DNA of 64,000 bases, taken from an uncultured Planctomycetales bacterium (GTDB taxonomy: Bacteria > Omnitrophota > Gorgyraeia > Gygaellales > Profunditerraquicolaceae). A program made the position numbers and the translations under genes. The notes beneath the pieces are model-generated. The model was given only the letters and a program-made list of their open reading frames with translations. It was not told where the DNA came from and did not search any database. The stretch spans positions 1,027 to 65,026 of the forward strand of contig CAYPRG010000003.1 of the NCBI GenBank assembly GCA_964413025.1, given 5' to 3'. How positions within the stretch are numbered: position 1 is the first letter of the stretch; every line of letters begins with the position of its first letter. Below, one piece after another: positions 53,824 through 63,439 of the stretch.

Positions 53824-54914
53824 TTAACTGAAGGAATTTTGTATTCTTTTATAAATTCGCAAAACCGATTATCTGCCTGGCTGTGGCTTTCATTACTCCA
53901 CCACATAGGAACCCTTTTCTCTTCCGGGACCCCCCATCCCCAAAACATTACACCTGACGCCCCGGATGAAAAAGAAGCGTCCATTATTTTTTTAAACACC
54001 GAGTTATAGAATTCCGGCTGCTTAGACCTGAAATCATTGTTTATCACGGAAGAACTACTCAAGCCGAATTCCCCCATTACTACCGGTTTCCCCATAGAAA
54101 TGAATTTTTTTATCCGGAATTTAACCTGCCGTGCGTAATCGCTTTTAAATGCTAACCTGCCGTCGCTTGACACGCTGCTTGAGGGATAAAAATGCAATGA
54201 ATAAAAATCTAATTCAGGAATATTAAACAAGCCGTATAGCTCTTCACCTTTATCAAATTTCGGGTTATCCGTACTTATGCCTATACTGACAAGATGGCTG
54301 GGGTCGATTGACTTAATGTAGCCGGCCAACTCCTTTATCCAATTTTTTACTTCAGAGGCGGAAAAATGCCAATATTCCAGCTCATTGGCGATCTCCCAGG
54401 CAAAAATTACCGGGTCGTCTTTGTAGAACTTCCCGGTTAAATGATTCTCCCATTCCAGGACCGCCTTCACCCTGTTTTTAAAAGCAGCTACGGCCTGCCT
54501 GTCATTAACATTACAAAACGGGGCATGGTTTTTAAAATAATCTTCCTGGCTTTTGCTGTCACAACTGCAGCAACAGTCGGTTAAAACTAAAATAATACGC
54601 ACTCCATATTTGGAAGCAAGCTCTAAAATTGCATCGTAATCTTCAATTTTTCCCCAACCCCAATCTAAATAAAGGCGAAGCACGGAAATATTATTTTCCT
54701 TCGCCTCGCGGATAGCTTTTTCCGCATCCAGCCCCCAATCATCATAAAAAACCAGATTAACGGCATTTGCCCCGATAAATTTAAAATTATCGCCATTTAT
54801 TACAAAATTATTTTTCTTTATCTGCGCAAATGAAGCCTCATCAGCAGGACATATGCTTACGCTTAACAAGAACATGAAAACAATTGCAAAAAATATACCG
54901 GCCTTATTTCGCAT
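53820..54914 (-). CDS. Secreted glycoside hydrolase family 5 (mannanase/cellulase-like)
   Basis: Signal peptide FFAIVFMFLLSVSICPA. FAWEIANELEY carries the NE acid/base motif and VVMGEFGLS the nucleophile Glu. FIGANAVN is also present. Confidence 0.7.
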   Translation of the reverse strand: MRNKAGIFFAIVFMFLLSVSICPADEASFAQIKKNNFVINGDNFKFIGANAVNLVFYDDWGLDAEKAIREAKENNISVLRLYLDWGWGKIEDYDAILELASKYGVRIILVLTDCCCSCDSKSQEDYFKNHAPFCNVNDRQAVAAFKNRVKAVLEWENHLTGKFYKDDPVIFAWEIANELEYWHFSASEVKNWIKELAGYIKSIDPSHLVSIGISTDNPKFDKGEELYGLFNIPELDFYSLHFYPSSSVSSDGRLAFKSDYARQVKFRIKKFISMGKPVVMGEFGLSSSSVINNDFRSKQPEFYNSVFKKIMDASFSSGASGVMFWGWGVPEEKRVPMWWSNESHSQADNRFCEFIKEYKIPSVK

Positions 54915-54920
54915 CGTCTT

Positions 54921-57227
54921 TTATTTAGTTACGCTATCAAATTCATTATATGGGCAAAATTCCTTATCGCACGGTACGGGCCCGTCAAATAACTTCAGGC
55001 TCCCATCCAGGATATTGCCTAATCTATTCTCCGGTGAAAATTTACACCTGGTTACCGCGCCATCCCCTCCTACCATGCACCGTCGGTAGCCGGAATTACA
55101 TAGTTTTCCTTTTGGGCTCTCTCCCTTTAAGTTATAGGATATCCTGTAAGCATCGCCTAAATACGGTATTAATATTTCGAGCTCTCTCCGCGTATACTGC
55201 CCCGGATAATTCTTATTCTCATATTCGCCCCAAAAACCATTTATGATGAGGCTAAAGCCTCTTTCCTTGAAATTCTTATCTATTTCTGGAATTTGCTCCA
55301 CCTGGATAGGATGCGCCAAGCAATGTATCTCAGCTTGGTATCCCATTTTTTTTAATAACCCTGCCTTTTCTAAAAAATCTTCCTGGTCCATATACCGGGA
55401 ATGGAAGTTTAAACAAAAAACAACCTTTCCGGGGTCAATATCAAGCTTTTCAACCAGAAATTCCCGGGGAAGATTTGTATGTATTTTCAAGCTATGCCAA
55501 GCAGTTAATCTTTTTGCCAACTCAAAAAAATCTGGATATAAATAAGGCTCTCCTCCTTTTATGGTAATCTGCGCAGAGCCATAATCATCATATATATCCT
55601 TCCAAACACTACTCCACTTTTCGGAGCTAAGATACACCGGGCTTACCCCTGCCTGCTTATCTTTGCAATAGGCGCAATCAAACATACATTCCCCGTGGAG
55701 CTCCCATATGAAATTAATCTTTTCAACTTTATCTTTCTCTATCAGGCCCCCGCAGATATTAAGGTTTATGCCCTTATTATAATCTTCATATTCTTTAATG
55801 ATCTCTGTTTTATGTTTTCTATTCTTATCAAAACTCCCGGAGAGGTTGATTTTTAGTTCTTCCGCCTTGCCGCAAAACTCTTCAAACCTACGGAAGCGCT
55901 CCAGATAATTGTTATCCCCATCCCGGTTCTGCCAAAAAAACGGGTGCGGATTTAAATAAAGCCCGAAACGCTCTGCGTTCTTATATAGAAGCGAGTGCCT
56001 TTCAATGACGCATAGGCCATCAGCGGGGATTACCCCGTCAAAATAGTCCCTGTTCCGCTCTAAAAACTTCAAGGTACACTCAAAGTCTTCTTTGGTTTCT
56101 CCGGGAAAGCCAAACATAAATATAGCCGTAAGGTATATGCCTGCTTCGTGTGTATTTTTAACAACTTCGCTGGAAATATCAGGGCTGTATTTCTTACCCA
56201 TAAGGCTGGTTACTTTTTCAGACCCGGACTCTACGCCGTAAGTCATCCAATCGCAACCCGAAGATTTCATCTTTCGCAACAGCTCTACGGACATTTCAGG
56301 CCTAATGATCCCCTGCGCCCACCAGATAAAATCCCTTAGATTATTTTTCCCTTTTTCATCTACGATCAACTGACAAAGCCTGTCCAGATTGGCTATATCG
56401 CCATTCACCAGGCAATCATGAAAAGTAAGCTGCTTCACCTGCGGATATTTTCCCAGATGGTATTTAATTTCTTCCAACGTCCTCTCTGCGCCCTGCGAAC
56501 GGTATTTTTGCCAGGGAAACCTGGCTGTGCAAAAAAGGCAGCTCCATACACAGCCCCTGCTGGAAAGAATGGGCAATTCATGAGGCCGTTCGTATTCCTG
56601 GAGGTTAAAATCGCTGAAATCCGCAAAAGGCAAAGAATCTATATCGGAAATCGGTTCTCTATCGCCGCAGTCGAATAATTCTCCGTCTTTCTTAAACAAA
56701 ACACCGGGGCAAAATTCAAAATGCCCCTTCTCATCTATTATTCTGGCTATCTCTGCAATAGTCTGGTCGCCTTCATTGACTACAATAGCATCAACAAAAC
56801 TGTTCTTGATGATATCTGTTCCGCCTACCTGGCGCATACATTGAGGCCCGCCGAAAACTATGATCCTATCCTTATCTTTTTCCTTTATCAGCCTGGCTAT
56901 CTCTAGGCTTACTAGCTGATTAGTAAAATATACAGAAAAACCGATCACCTTCGAACCTTGTTCCAAAATTTGATCCACGTAACCGTCAATCAACTCTTTA
57001 TTATCCAAGAAAAATTTATCTACAAAGTTTTTATCTACCCAGTAAATATCTTCTTCCTTCTCCCATTTCACCCGGTAATCCTCTTTACATTTTAAATATA
57101 ACTGGTTGTTTAAATCCAACACAGAGACCTTGTTGTTGTATTTCCTTAGATTAGCTGCCAAGAGCGCCAGGGAAATAGGCGGCCTGACTCTTGACCAGTT
57201 CGGGGCCATGACTAAAGCTATATTCAT
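54921..57227 (-). CDS. Two-domain fusion: cobalamin-binding class B radical SAM enzyme plus a second small radical SAM domain
   Basis: One uninterrupted 768-aa ORF. The first motif is SSRGCVWSCLFCTA and the second is HGECMFDCAYCKDK (plus strand near 55664-55692). The C-terminal roughly 270 aa are paralogous to 60430-61290 and 63440-64000. Confidence 0.85.
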   Translation of the reverse strand: MNIALVMAPNWSRVRPPISLALLAANLRKYNNKVSVLDLNNQLYLKCKEDYRVKWEKEEDIYWVDKNFVDKFFLDNKELIDGYVDQILEQGSKVIGFSVYFTNQLVSLEIARLIKEKDKDRIIVFGGPQCMRQVGGTDIIKNSFVDAIVVNEGDQTIAEIARIIDEKGHFEFCPGVLFKKDGELFDCGDREPISDIDSLPFADFSDFNLQEYERPHELPILSSRGCVWSCLFCTARFPWQKYRSQGAERTLEEIKYHLGKYPQVKQLTFHDCLVNGDIANLDRLCQLIVDEKGKNNLRDFIWWAQGIIRPEMSVELLRKMKSSGCDWMTYGVESGSEKVTSLMGKKYSPDISSEVVKNTHEAGIYLTAIFMFGFPGETKEDFECTLKFLERNRDYFDGVIPADGLCVIERHSLLYKNAERFGLYLNPHPFFWQNRDGDNNYLERFRRFEEFCGKAEELKINLSGSFDKNRKHKTEIIKEYEDYNKGINLNICGGLIEKDKVEKINFIWELHGECMFDCAYCKDKQAGVSPVYLSSEKWSSVWKDIYDDYGSAQITIKGGEPYLYPDFFELAKRLTAWHSLKIHTNLPREFLVEKLDIDPGKVVFCLNFHSRYMDQEDFLEKAGLLKKMGYQAEIHCLAHPIQVEQIPEIDKNFKERGFSLIINGFWGEYENKNYPGQYTRRELEILIPYLGDAYRISYNLKGESPKGKLCNSGYRRCMVGGDGAVTRCKFSPENRLGNILDGSLKLFDGPVPCDKEFCPYNEFDSVTK

Positions 57228-57236
57228 ATTATTAAT

Positions 57237-58574
57237 TTATGATGAAAATGCTTCTTCCAGCTCAACTGCCTCTTCCTGTATAGTTTTTACTTGAGGCAGA
57301 TTATTTTTAAATACACTAATAGTATCAGGGTTATTTATTATATACTGCAACTTATCCTGTAATTCATGGGCATTACCGGGCTGAAATAATAACCCGTTCT
57401 CGCCGTCAATTACATTCTCCGGTATCCCCCCTATCCTGGAAGCGACCACCGGGACTCCTGCCGCAAAAGCTTCACGGATAATAAGCGGGCTGTTTTCCTG
57501 CCAGATCGAAGGCACAACAAGCACGTCTACGGAATTTAATACCCCACTTATCTCTTCATGGCTGAATTCCCCCAAAAATTCAATGTTTATGTTCTTTGAT
57601 ATATTCTTCAGGGAATGTAAATAACCTTCGAAACCCGAATAACCCTTCAACTTACCGTATATTTTCAAAACAGCATTATCAAATTTAAGCCCATTAAAGG
57701 CTTCGATTAAAACATGCAGCCCCTTGGCTGGGATAACCGTTCCAATAAATGCAAACCTGATTTTTTCCGATATTTTATCTTGCGGTAACTGCCTGGATTG
57801 AGGCATATTTAAACCCAGGTAATGCAGCATAATCTTCCCGGGGTTGACTCCGAATCTTATCAATTGGCTTTTTATATATTGAGAAGGGGCCATAAATAAA
57901 TCAATATTCTCCAAAGCGACCCTGACCGTAGCATCTCTTTTCTTTAACTGCTCCACAGCATCAAAATGGCCGGAGTTATTAAAACGGGAATATGCTTTCC
58001 TCAAACAACTCAATAAATGCCCAGGCAGAAACTTTCTTAGCCAATAATATGCCTTCAACGCAGCCGGATTAATTTTAGACATATCCTGCAGGCAGCTGTT
58101 ACACTCACGGCCGAATAAACCAAGTACGGCTTTTTCACAAGGGGTTTGATCCGCCCTTAACAGGTGCCATTGCGGACAGGCCAGCCAATAATCATGCAAA
58201 GTAAAAACTACCGGAATATTCCTTTCTTTAGCTTTTTTAATTATCCCTATCGATAAGAATGCCAAATGCTGGATATGCACCACATCCGGCATGATTTCAT
58301 CAAGCAGAGAGGCAAACTTTTCATCTATATTCACGTTTTGATAAAACATCTCAAATGAACGGCAATCACGAAAAGTATTATTTATCAGATATACGGGGAT
58401 ACCCGAGAGGACTTCTCTCCTGACAAAGTAATCCGCGTGTTTTAAATCAGAATACCTGGAAAAAATGTAAACCTGGTGCCTTTTAGATAGTTCCAGGGCT
58501 GAATCAAAAGCATATATTTCAGTCCCCGCCTGGCTTAAAAAGGGCAGGCTATGGACGACCTGGAGTATTTTCAT
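57237..58574 (-). CDS. GT4-family (GT-B fold) glycosyltransferase
   Basis: The motif PSIWQENSPLIIREAFAAGVPVVASRIGGIPENVIDGENGLLF carries the E-x7-E signature. Confidence 0.8.
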   Translation of the reverse strand: MKILQVVHSLPFLSQAGTEIYAFDSALELSKRHQVYIFSRYSDLKHADYFVRREVLSGIPVYLINNTFRDCRSFEMFYQNVNIDEKFASLLDEIMPDVVHIQHLAFLSIGIIKKAKERNIPVVFTLHDYWLACPQWHLLRADQTPCEKAVLGLFGRECNSCLQDMSKINPAALKAYYWLRKFLPGHLLSCLRKAYSRFNNSGHFDAVEQLKKRDATVRVALENIDLFMAPSQYIKSQLIRFGVNPGKIMLHYLGLNMPQSRQLPQDKISEKIRFAFIGTVIPAKGLHVLIEAFNGLKFDNAVLKIYGKLKGYSGFEGYLHSLKNISKNINIEFLGEFSHEEISGVLNSVDVLVVPSIWQENSPLIIREAFAAGVPVVASRIGGIPENVIDGENGLLFQPGNAHELQDKLQYIINNPDTISVFKNNLPQVKTIQEEAVELEEAFSS

Positions 58575-59304
58575 GCTTGAAAAGAGTATTTAGTTTTTTA
58601 GAATTCACCTTATACCGGCTATACCAGCTTAAAATTGAAAAGTCGTGCGAATGATAAACTAACGAATCCGGCTCATAAACGATCCCGTAGCCTGACTCTA
58701 AGATTTTTTTTGACCATTCTAAATCCTCGGCAAAGTCAGTATCAGGAAAAGGAATATCCCGCCATATGCTTCTCCTTATACACGACGAGACATTATCAAA
58801 GTTGCAAAACCTATGCTTTTCCCGCGGGCTCAGCCTGTTATAATCTTCAATCTCGGTAATGCGGCTTTCCCTTCTCCCCGCTTCCGAAGTAAAAAACTTC
58901 TTCACTATCATCCTGGTCAAGGCGCAAGAGTCTTTATGCGGGAGATGCCTTGAATAAACTCCGGCCAGGTGTTCATCGTTTGCGAAATTATCCACCAATT
59001 TCTTCATCCATTGATTATCATAAGGGACGGCGTCCTGGGTCATCAACACGATATATTCTCCCCGCGCCTTGGATATAGCCAAATTCCGGGTCAACCCATG
59101 GTTAAATTCTGCCGCCTTTATTTCATAAAGCGATACAGGATACCGCTTGATAATATCTAAAGTATTATCCGTGGAACCGGAATCAACCATAATCACTTCA
59201 AATCTAGCATTGATCTCTTGAGAAAAAACCGCCTGAAGCAACAAATCCAGGTACTTCTGCCCATTCTTGACCGGCACCACAACCGAAATATCTATGTTAT
59301 TCAT
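58549..59304 (-). CDS. GT2-family glycosyltransferase
   Basis: Motifs present are ISVVVPVKNGQKYL, VIMVDSGSTDNT and LMTQDAVP. Confidence 0.75.
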   Translation of the reverse strand: MNNIDISVVVPVKNGQKYLDLLLQAVFSQEINARFEVIMVDSGSTDNTLDIIKRYPVSLYEIKAAEFNHGLTRNLAISKARGEYIVLMTQDAVPYDNQWMKKLVDNFANDEHLAGVYSRHLPHKDSCALTRMIVKKFFTSEAGRRESRITEIEDYNRLSPREKHRFCNFDNVSSCIRRSIWRDIPFPDTDFAEDLEWSKKILESGYGIVYEPDSLVYHSHDFSILSWYSRYKVNSKKLNTLFKHENTPGRP

Positions 59305-60428
59305 CTCTTCACCCTATCCGCGATTAAATCTTTGGCTGCGCCCGCTATTCCTTTAAGGCTCACCTTATCCATGCAGGTCACAGTCTTGCCGCATTTGTTT
59401 TTATAACAAGGCGCGCAACTTAGGCCGGAAATTATTTTCTTACCCCGGTTATAAAGTTCGATCTCCTGATGAGAAGTCGGCCCGAATAGAGTTACAACCG
59501 GTTTCTTGAGAGCAACAGCTATATGCAGGCCCAAAGTATCAGCGGTAATAACCAGCGAACAACGATTGATCAACGCCGAAAATTCTTTGAGGCTATTTCC
59601 GCAGCCAGCGTTTATTACTCCAGGGCCGGCATTTTTCAATATATAGGCATTCATTTCTTTTTCAAGCGGACCTCCCAACAACAATATCTTTGCCTTAATC
59701 CCCTTCGCCAATAACTTAATTAATTTAACTGTCTTTTGAGGCCGCAGGTTTTTATTAGCAAAAACTTTTCCCGAGCCGGTATTTAATCCGATAATAACAT
59801 CTCCCTCTTTTAATCTATTGCCCTTGAAAAACTTTTCCGCGAAATCCAATTCTTTTTTGCCCAGCCTTAATTCATAACGCTCGCCGCTATATTTAAGCTT
59901 GGCAATCTCAAATATCATCTCTTGATAGGTTTTCTTATTCTTGTAAAATTTTAAGTCATCATCTAATCCCAATATAAATGAATATTCCGCCTCTTTATTA
60001 AAAGGGTAGACTTTCCCGTTCTCGTCCATGCCAAAGCCGTATTTTTTTCTTGCCTTAACCAGAGTAGCAAGAGCAACCGCCTCAGGCGCCTTATCCAGGG
60101 AAATGACTAAATCAAATTTTTCCGCTAACAGCGACAGGACCGGTTCTAAGCTAAAGGTAAGGATACGGTCTATATAAGGGCTTGAATCCAAAAGCTCCTG
60201 CCCGGGATCTTTGACCAGCCAGCTTATCTGGCTTCCGGGGTATTTTTTTCTAAGCGCAGGAAGTAACGCGGCAGTGCGCAATACATCTCCGCTAGAAGCC
60301 AGCTTAATAATCAAGATCCTTTCTTTCATAGGGCTGTAAAATTTGCAACCGCGACAAACAACCTTAAATTTACATGGTTTACTACCGTCAATATACCTGC
60401 AATCAAATTTTATATCTCTTTTCCGCAT
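59301..60428 (-). CDS. GT9-family glycosyltransferase (heptosyltransferase-like) with Cys-rich termini
   Basis: Motifs present are ILIIKLASSGDVLRTAALLPALRKKYP and LVITADTLGLHIAVALKKPVVTLFGPT. The N-terminus reads CRYIDGSKPCKFKVVCRGCKF and the C-terminus reads CAPCYKNKCGKTVTC. Confidence 0.75.
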   Translation of the reverse strand: MRKRDIKFDCRYIDGSKPCKFKVVCRGCKFYSPMKERILIIKLASSGDVLRTAALLPALRKKYPGSQISWLVKDPGQELLDSSPYIDRILTFSLEPVLSLLAEKFDLVISLDKAPEAVALATLVKARKKYGFGMDENGKVYPFNKEAEYSFILGLDDDLKFYKNKKTYQEMIFEIAKLKYSGERYELRLGKKELDFAEKFFKGNRLKEGDVIIGLNTGSGKVFANKNLRPQKTVKLIKLLAKGIKAKILLLGGPLEKEMNAYILKNAGPGVINAGCGNSLKEFSALINRCSLVITADTLGLHIAVALKKPVVTLFGPTSHQEIELYNRGKKIISGLSCAPCYKNKCGKTVTCMDKVSLKGIAGAAKDLIADRVKR

Positions 60429-60429
60429 T

Positions 60430-61290
60430 TTATTGCTGCCAATGAGGCGTCCATTTACTTTCCTCGCCTACAACCATCCTTCTCCAACAAATACAATCAT
60501 CAACCTCGCAGATCTCCGGTTTTTCTAATAAGAAGAAATCCGTGTCATCCAGGAGGTTACCTATTTTACTTGCTCCCGTAGAACAGCACCTATGCACATC
60601 CCCGCTGGCGTAAATCTTTCCATACGCCTGTCCCATATGGCAAAGTTTCTGCTCTTTCTGTTTCTCATCTAAATGATAGGCGACCATATCCTTAGAGGAA
60701 AGAATATCTTCGCCACAACGCCTCAAGAGGCTTTTCTCATCTTCGGTATACCCGTCAGGGTACTTCCTCCCCTTGTATTCCCCTCTAAACGGCTGGACAA
60801 TAAAACGGACACCGTTTTCAGAAAAATATTTTTTAAGGCCCTCAACTCTTTCTAAATGCGGAGGATAAGCCACGAATGAAACAGAAACCGTAAAGTTACT
60901 GTTTTTTAAGCATGAAATATCTGATGAGAACCTATTAAAATCAGCGAATTCAGGATGAAAACTCGCGTCCAGTTTTATTCTTTCCGGGTCAAATTTTTTG
61001 ACAAAGCCGGCCACATCAAAAGTAAGGTTAGTTGAAACCTGTAAAGTAAATTTTTCATTCAGGTATCCCAAAAGCTCAAAAAAATCAGGGTACGCAGAAG
61101 GTTCCCCTCCGGATAAATGGATATGGCATGCGCCGTATTTATCATAAATCCTCCCCCATGCCTCTACCCATTTTTTTGTGCCAGGATAACGGTTAGCTTC
61201 AGCCGCGGCATCCCATTTACCCGCAAGGAAGCAATAGGAACACCGGTAATTGCAGGCATAATGAATATCCCAATTCCAGAAAGTTTTCAT
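60430..61290 (-). CDS. Small radical SAM enzyme (about 286 aa) with a C-terminal Cys cluster
   Basis: WDIHYACNYRCSYCF and SGGEPSAYPDF are present. The C-terminal region reads LCHMGQAYGKIYASGDVHRCC...CEVDDCICW. Confidence 0.8.
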   Translation of the reverse strand: MKTFWNWDIHYACNYRCSYCFLAGKWDAAAEANRYPGTKKWVEAWGRIYDKYGACHIHLSGGEPSAYPDFFELLGYLNEKFTLQVSTNLTFDVAGFVKKFDPERIKLDASFHPEFADFNRFSSDISCLKNSNFTVSVSFVAYPPHLERVEGLKKYFSENGVRFIVQPFRGEYKGRKYPDGYTEDEKSLLRRCGEDILSSKDMVAYHLDEKQKEQKLCHMGQAYGKIYASGDVHRCCSTGASKIGNLLDDTDFFLLEKPEICEVDDCICWRRMVVGEESKWTPHWQQ

Positions 61291-61296
61291 AGATGC

Positions 61297-62370
61297 TTAT
61301 AAAAAATTTACGTGCTCCCTGGGCTGACTTATATTCCAGAGGATTTGATTAAAAGTATTATCCCTGCATAAAGGAATGCAATCGCGAAAATCTATCTTCT
61401 CTATCACTGCTTTACGTTTCCTGGAATTCCAGATTTCTTTAAAAGTCTTCTTGCGCAAATCTCCGATGCAGTATTTCTCATAGCCGCGGGTATGGCAGCA
61501 TATATACATTTTCGCGGCAGCGGATATTACGGTAGCGAATTGATGGCCGTAACACTTGCCGTAATTTCTGCCGTATCTGGGGTCATGGGACATCTCATAT
61601 TTATGCTTGGAATACAACACTTCAAACCCTTTACCCGAATATTTAAGGCACTCCCCTATTTCTTTTTGGACGTCAGTCCAGTGATACCCGAATTTTCCGC
61701 CGTTATGGATCTGCATCGGCCTGAACTGCAGGTAATCCACTCCCAGTTTTTTTGTTAACCGCGCCGCCCCTGCCATATCCGATACGCTGCTATCGCATGT
61801 CAAAAACCCCACCCCTATGACACAGTTGGTTTTTAGCTTCTTCTTGGTACGGACCAATAAGCTAATCCTGTCAGTTGTTTTTGCAAATTCATTACCGCCT
61901 AAGCCATGAGTAACACTGAATACTTCCGGAGAGGCAGCATCCAAAGAAACCCTGGCCCAGGTGCAATTTTTTACTATAACCTTTGCCGACTCTTCGTTTA
62001 ACAACGAAGCATTTGTAATAAAACCCAAATCCAACCCTTTGGCCCTGGCTAATTTAATTGCCTCTAAAGTATAGGGATTACAAAGCGGCTCTCCTCCTCC
62101 GGTAAATATAAGCCCCCTGACCTTAGTTTTTGCCAACTGCAGAATAATATTCCTTGCTAAAGCTTTTGAAAGCGAGCTATTATCCGCGACCCTGAAATAA
62201 TTTACTACGCACTGAGGGCACCTGTGGTTACACCGGTTGGTCATATCCAACTCTACGGTAACAGGAAAAGGATTCCCTCCCTTTAACCACTCATCAACCC
62301 TGTCTAAATGTTTTAGGATCTTATCCGAGCTGAACTGTCGTACATTAAAATCTCTTATGTCTGGTTTCAT
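61297..62370 (-). CDS. Radical SAM enzyme with C-terminal auxiliary cysteines
   Basis: MTNRCNHRCPQCV and TGGGEPLCNP are present. The C-terminal region reads CYGHQF...YICCHTRGYEKYCIGD...CIPLC. Confidence 0.8.
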   Translation of the reverse strand: MKPDIRDFNVRQFSSDKILKHLDRVDEWLKGGNPFPVTVELDMTNRCNHRCPQCVVNYFRVADNSSLSKALARNIILQLAKTKVRGLIFTGGGEPLCNPYTLEAIKLARAKGLDLGFITNASLLNEESAKVIVKNCTWARVSLDAASPEVFSVTHGLGGNEFAKTTDRISLLVRTKKKLKTNCVIGVGFLTCDSSVSDMAGAARLTKKLGVDYLQFRPMQIHNGGKFGYHWTDVQKEIGECLKYSGKGFEVLYSKHKYEMSHDPRYGRNYGKCYGHQFATVISAAAKMYICCHTRGYEKYCIGDLRKKTFKEIWNSRKRKAVIEKIDFRDCIPLCRDNTFNQILWNISQPREHVNFL

Positions 62371-62374
62371 TTTT

Positions 62375-63424
62375 TTACAATTTGTCCTGCGTTGATAATC
62401 TTACCCTAAGCGAAGTCCTGGCTAATATGATGCCGGACATAACCAGCAGATATAAATACACAGGGACCATCACCAAAATAACAAAGACCCATTTCAAATA
62501 CCCGAACAGATTACGGAAACGTAAACCAAACCACTGGTGCCACCTGTTATACAATAGAGTCCTCGCCTCAAAAAACAGGCAAGAAACTATTAGCGGAGAA
62601 ATGTCCAGGGCAGAAAGAATAATATAATCCGTTTTCTGCCTGCACATTTTAAGCATCCGCGCAGCCAGGCTATATCTATGCGCATTTCCCCCAACTATGA
62701 TCAGTTTTTTACCGGGAAAATTATATGTAAAATCCTGCTTACGCCTGGCAAAGGTCAATATGGATATATCAGGGTTTATGAATAATTCCTGGGCCCGCCT
62801 GACCGCGGTCAACACATGGCCTACATCGGTATAGCCGTTGTCTTCGATTAAGATACGGCATTTTATATCCTCTTCTTTAAAGTCATCAACAATGACGAAA
62901 ATCCTCCCTAATGATTTAAGTATATCCTTTATCCCGCGGTCCATCCTGCGCCTGTTGCTATCGGCTTTATTCGGCTTACGGAAAAGGTCGCTTAGGGTAG
63001 TTTTTTTAATCCTGTGCCATTCCATCCACCTGTTGTGCAGGTATATAGGGCACCTGGCAAACAAAGAAACCACCAAAACCAATGAAATATCCAGCGATGA
63101 TAAAACTATATAATCAAACCTGATTCGCAATAAATGAAACAGCTTGGCCGCTAATTGATATTTTTCAGGCCTAAGGTTATCTTCAGGGATAATTGTCACC
63201 ACATCAGGAAAGTTATCCCTGATGAATTCTGCCTTATCTTTAAAGGTCAATACCACGATTTTCGCGTTGACGAATTTCTTCTTTACCCCCTTGATAATCA
63301 GGGCAAAGTTATTCGGAAGGATAAGGTTGCCATCGACTATTAAAACCGACTGGCGTATATCATCCTCACAGCTCTGATTAAGCTCTATAAAAATTTTGCC
63401 TATTTTTCCCAGCAGCTTCCTCAT
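62375..63424 (-). CDS. Hypothetical protein made of two homologous half-domains plus a C-terminal TM segment
   Basis: An internal duplication is visible in the protein. IVVLTFKDKAEFIRDNFP...YIVLSSLDISLVLVVSLFARCPIYLHNRWMEWH aligns with ISILTFARRKQDFTYNFP...YIILSALDISPLIVSCLFFEARTLLYNRWHQWF. The C-terminus is hydrophobic (VFVILVMVPVYLYLLVMSGIIL). Confidence 0.6.
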   Translation of the reverse strand: MRKLLGKIGKIFIELNQSCEDDIRQSVLIVDGNLILPNNFALIIKGVKKKFVNAKIVVLTFKDKAEFIRDNFPDVVTIIPEDNLRPEKYQLAAKLFHLLRIRFDYIVLSSLDISLVLVVSLFARCPIYLHNRWMEWHRIKKTTLSDLFRKPNKADSNRRRMDRGIKDILKSLGRIFVIVDDFKEEDIKCRILIEDNGYTDVGHVLTAVRRAQELFINPDISILTFARRKQDFTYNFPGKKLIIVGGNAHRYSLAARMLKMCRQKTDYIILSALDISPLIVSCLFFEARTLLYNRWHQWFGLRFRNLFGYLKWVFVILVMVPVYLYLLVMSGIILARTSLRVRLSTQDKL

Positions 63425-63439
63425 TCTGAATTTTCCTCC

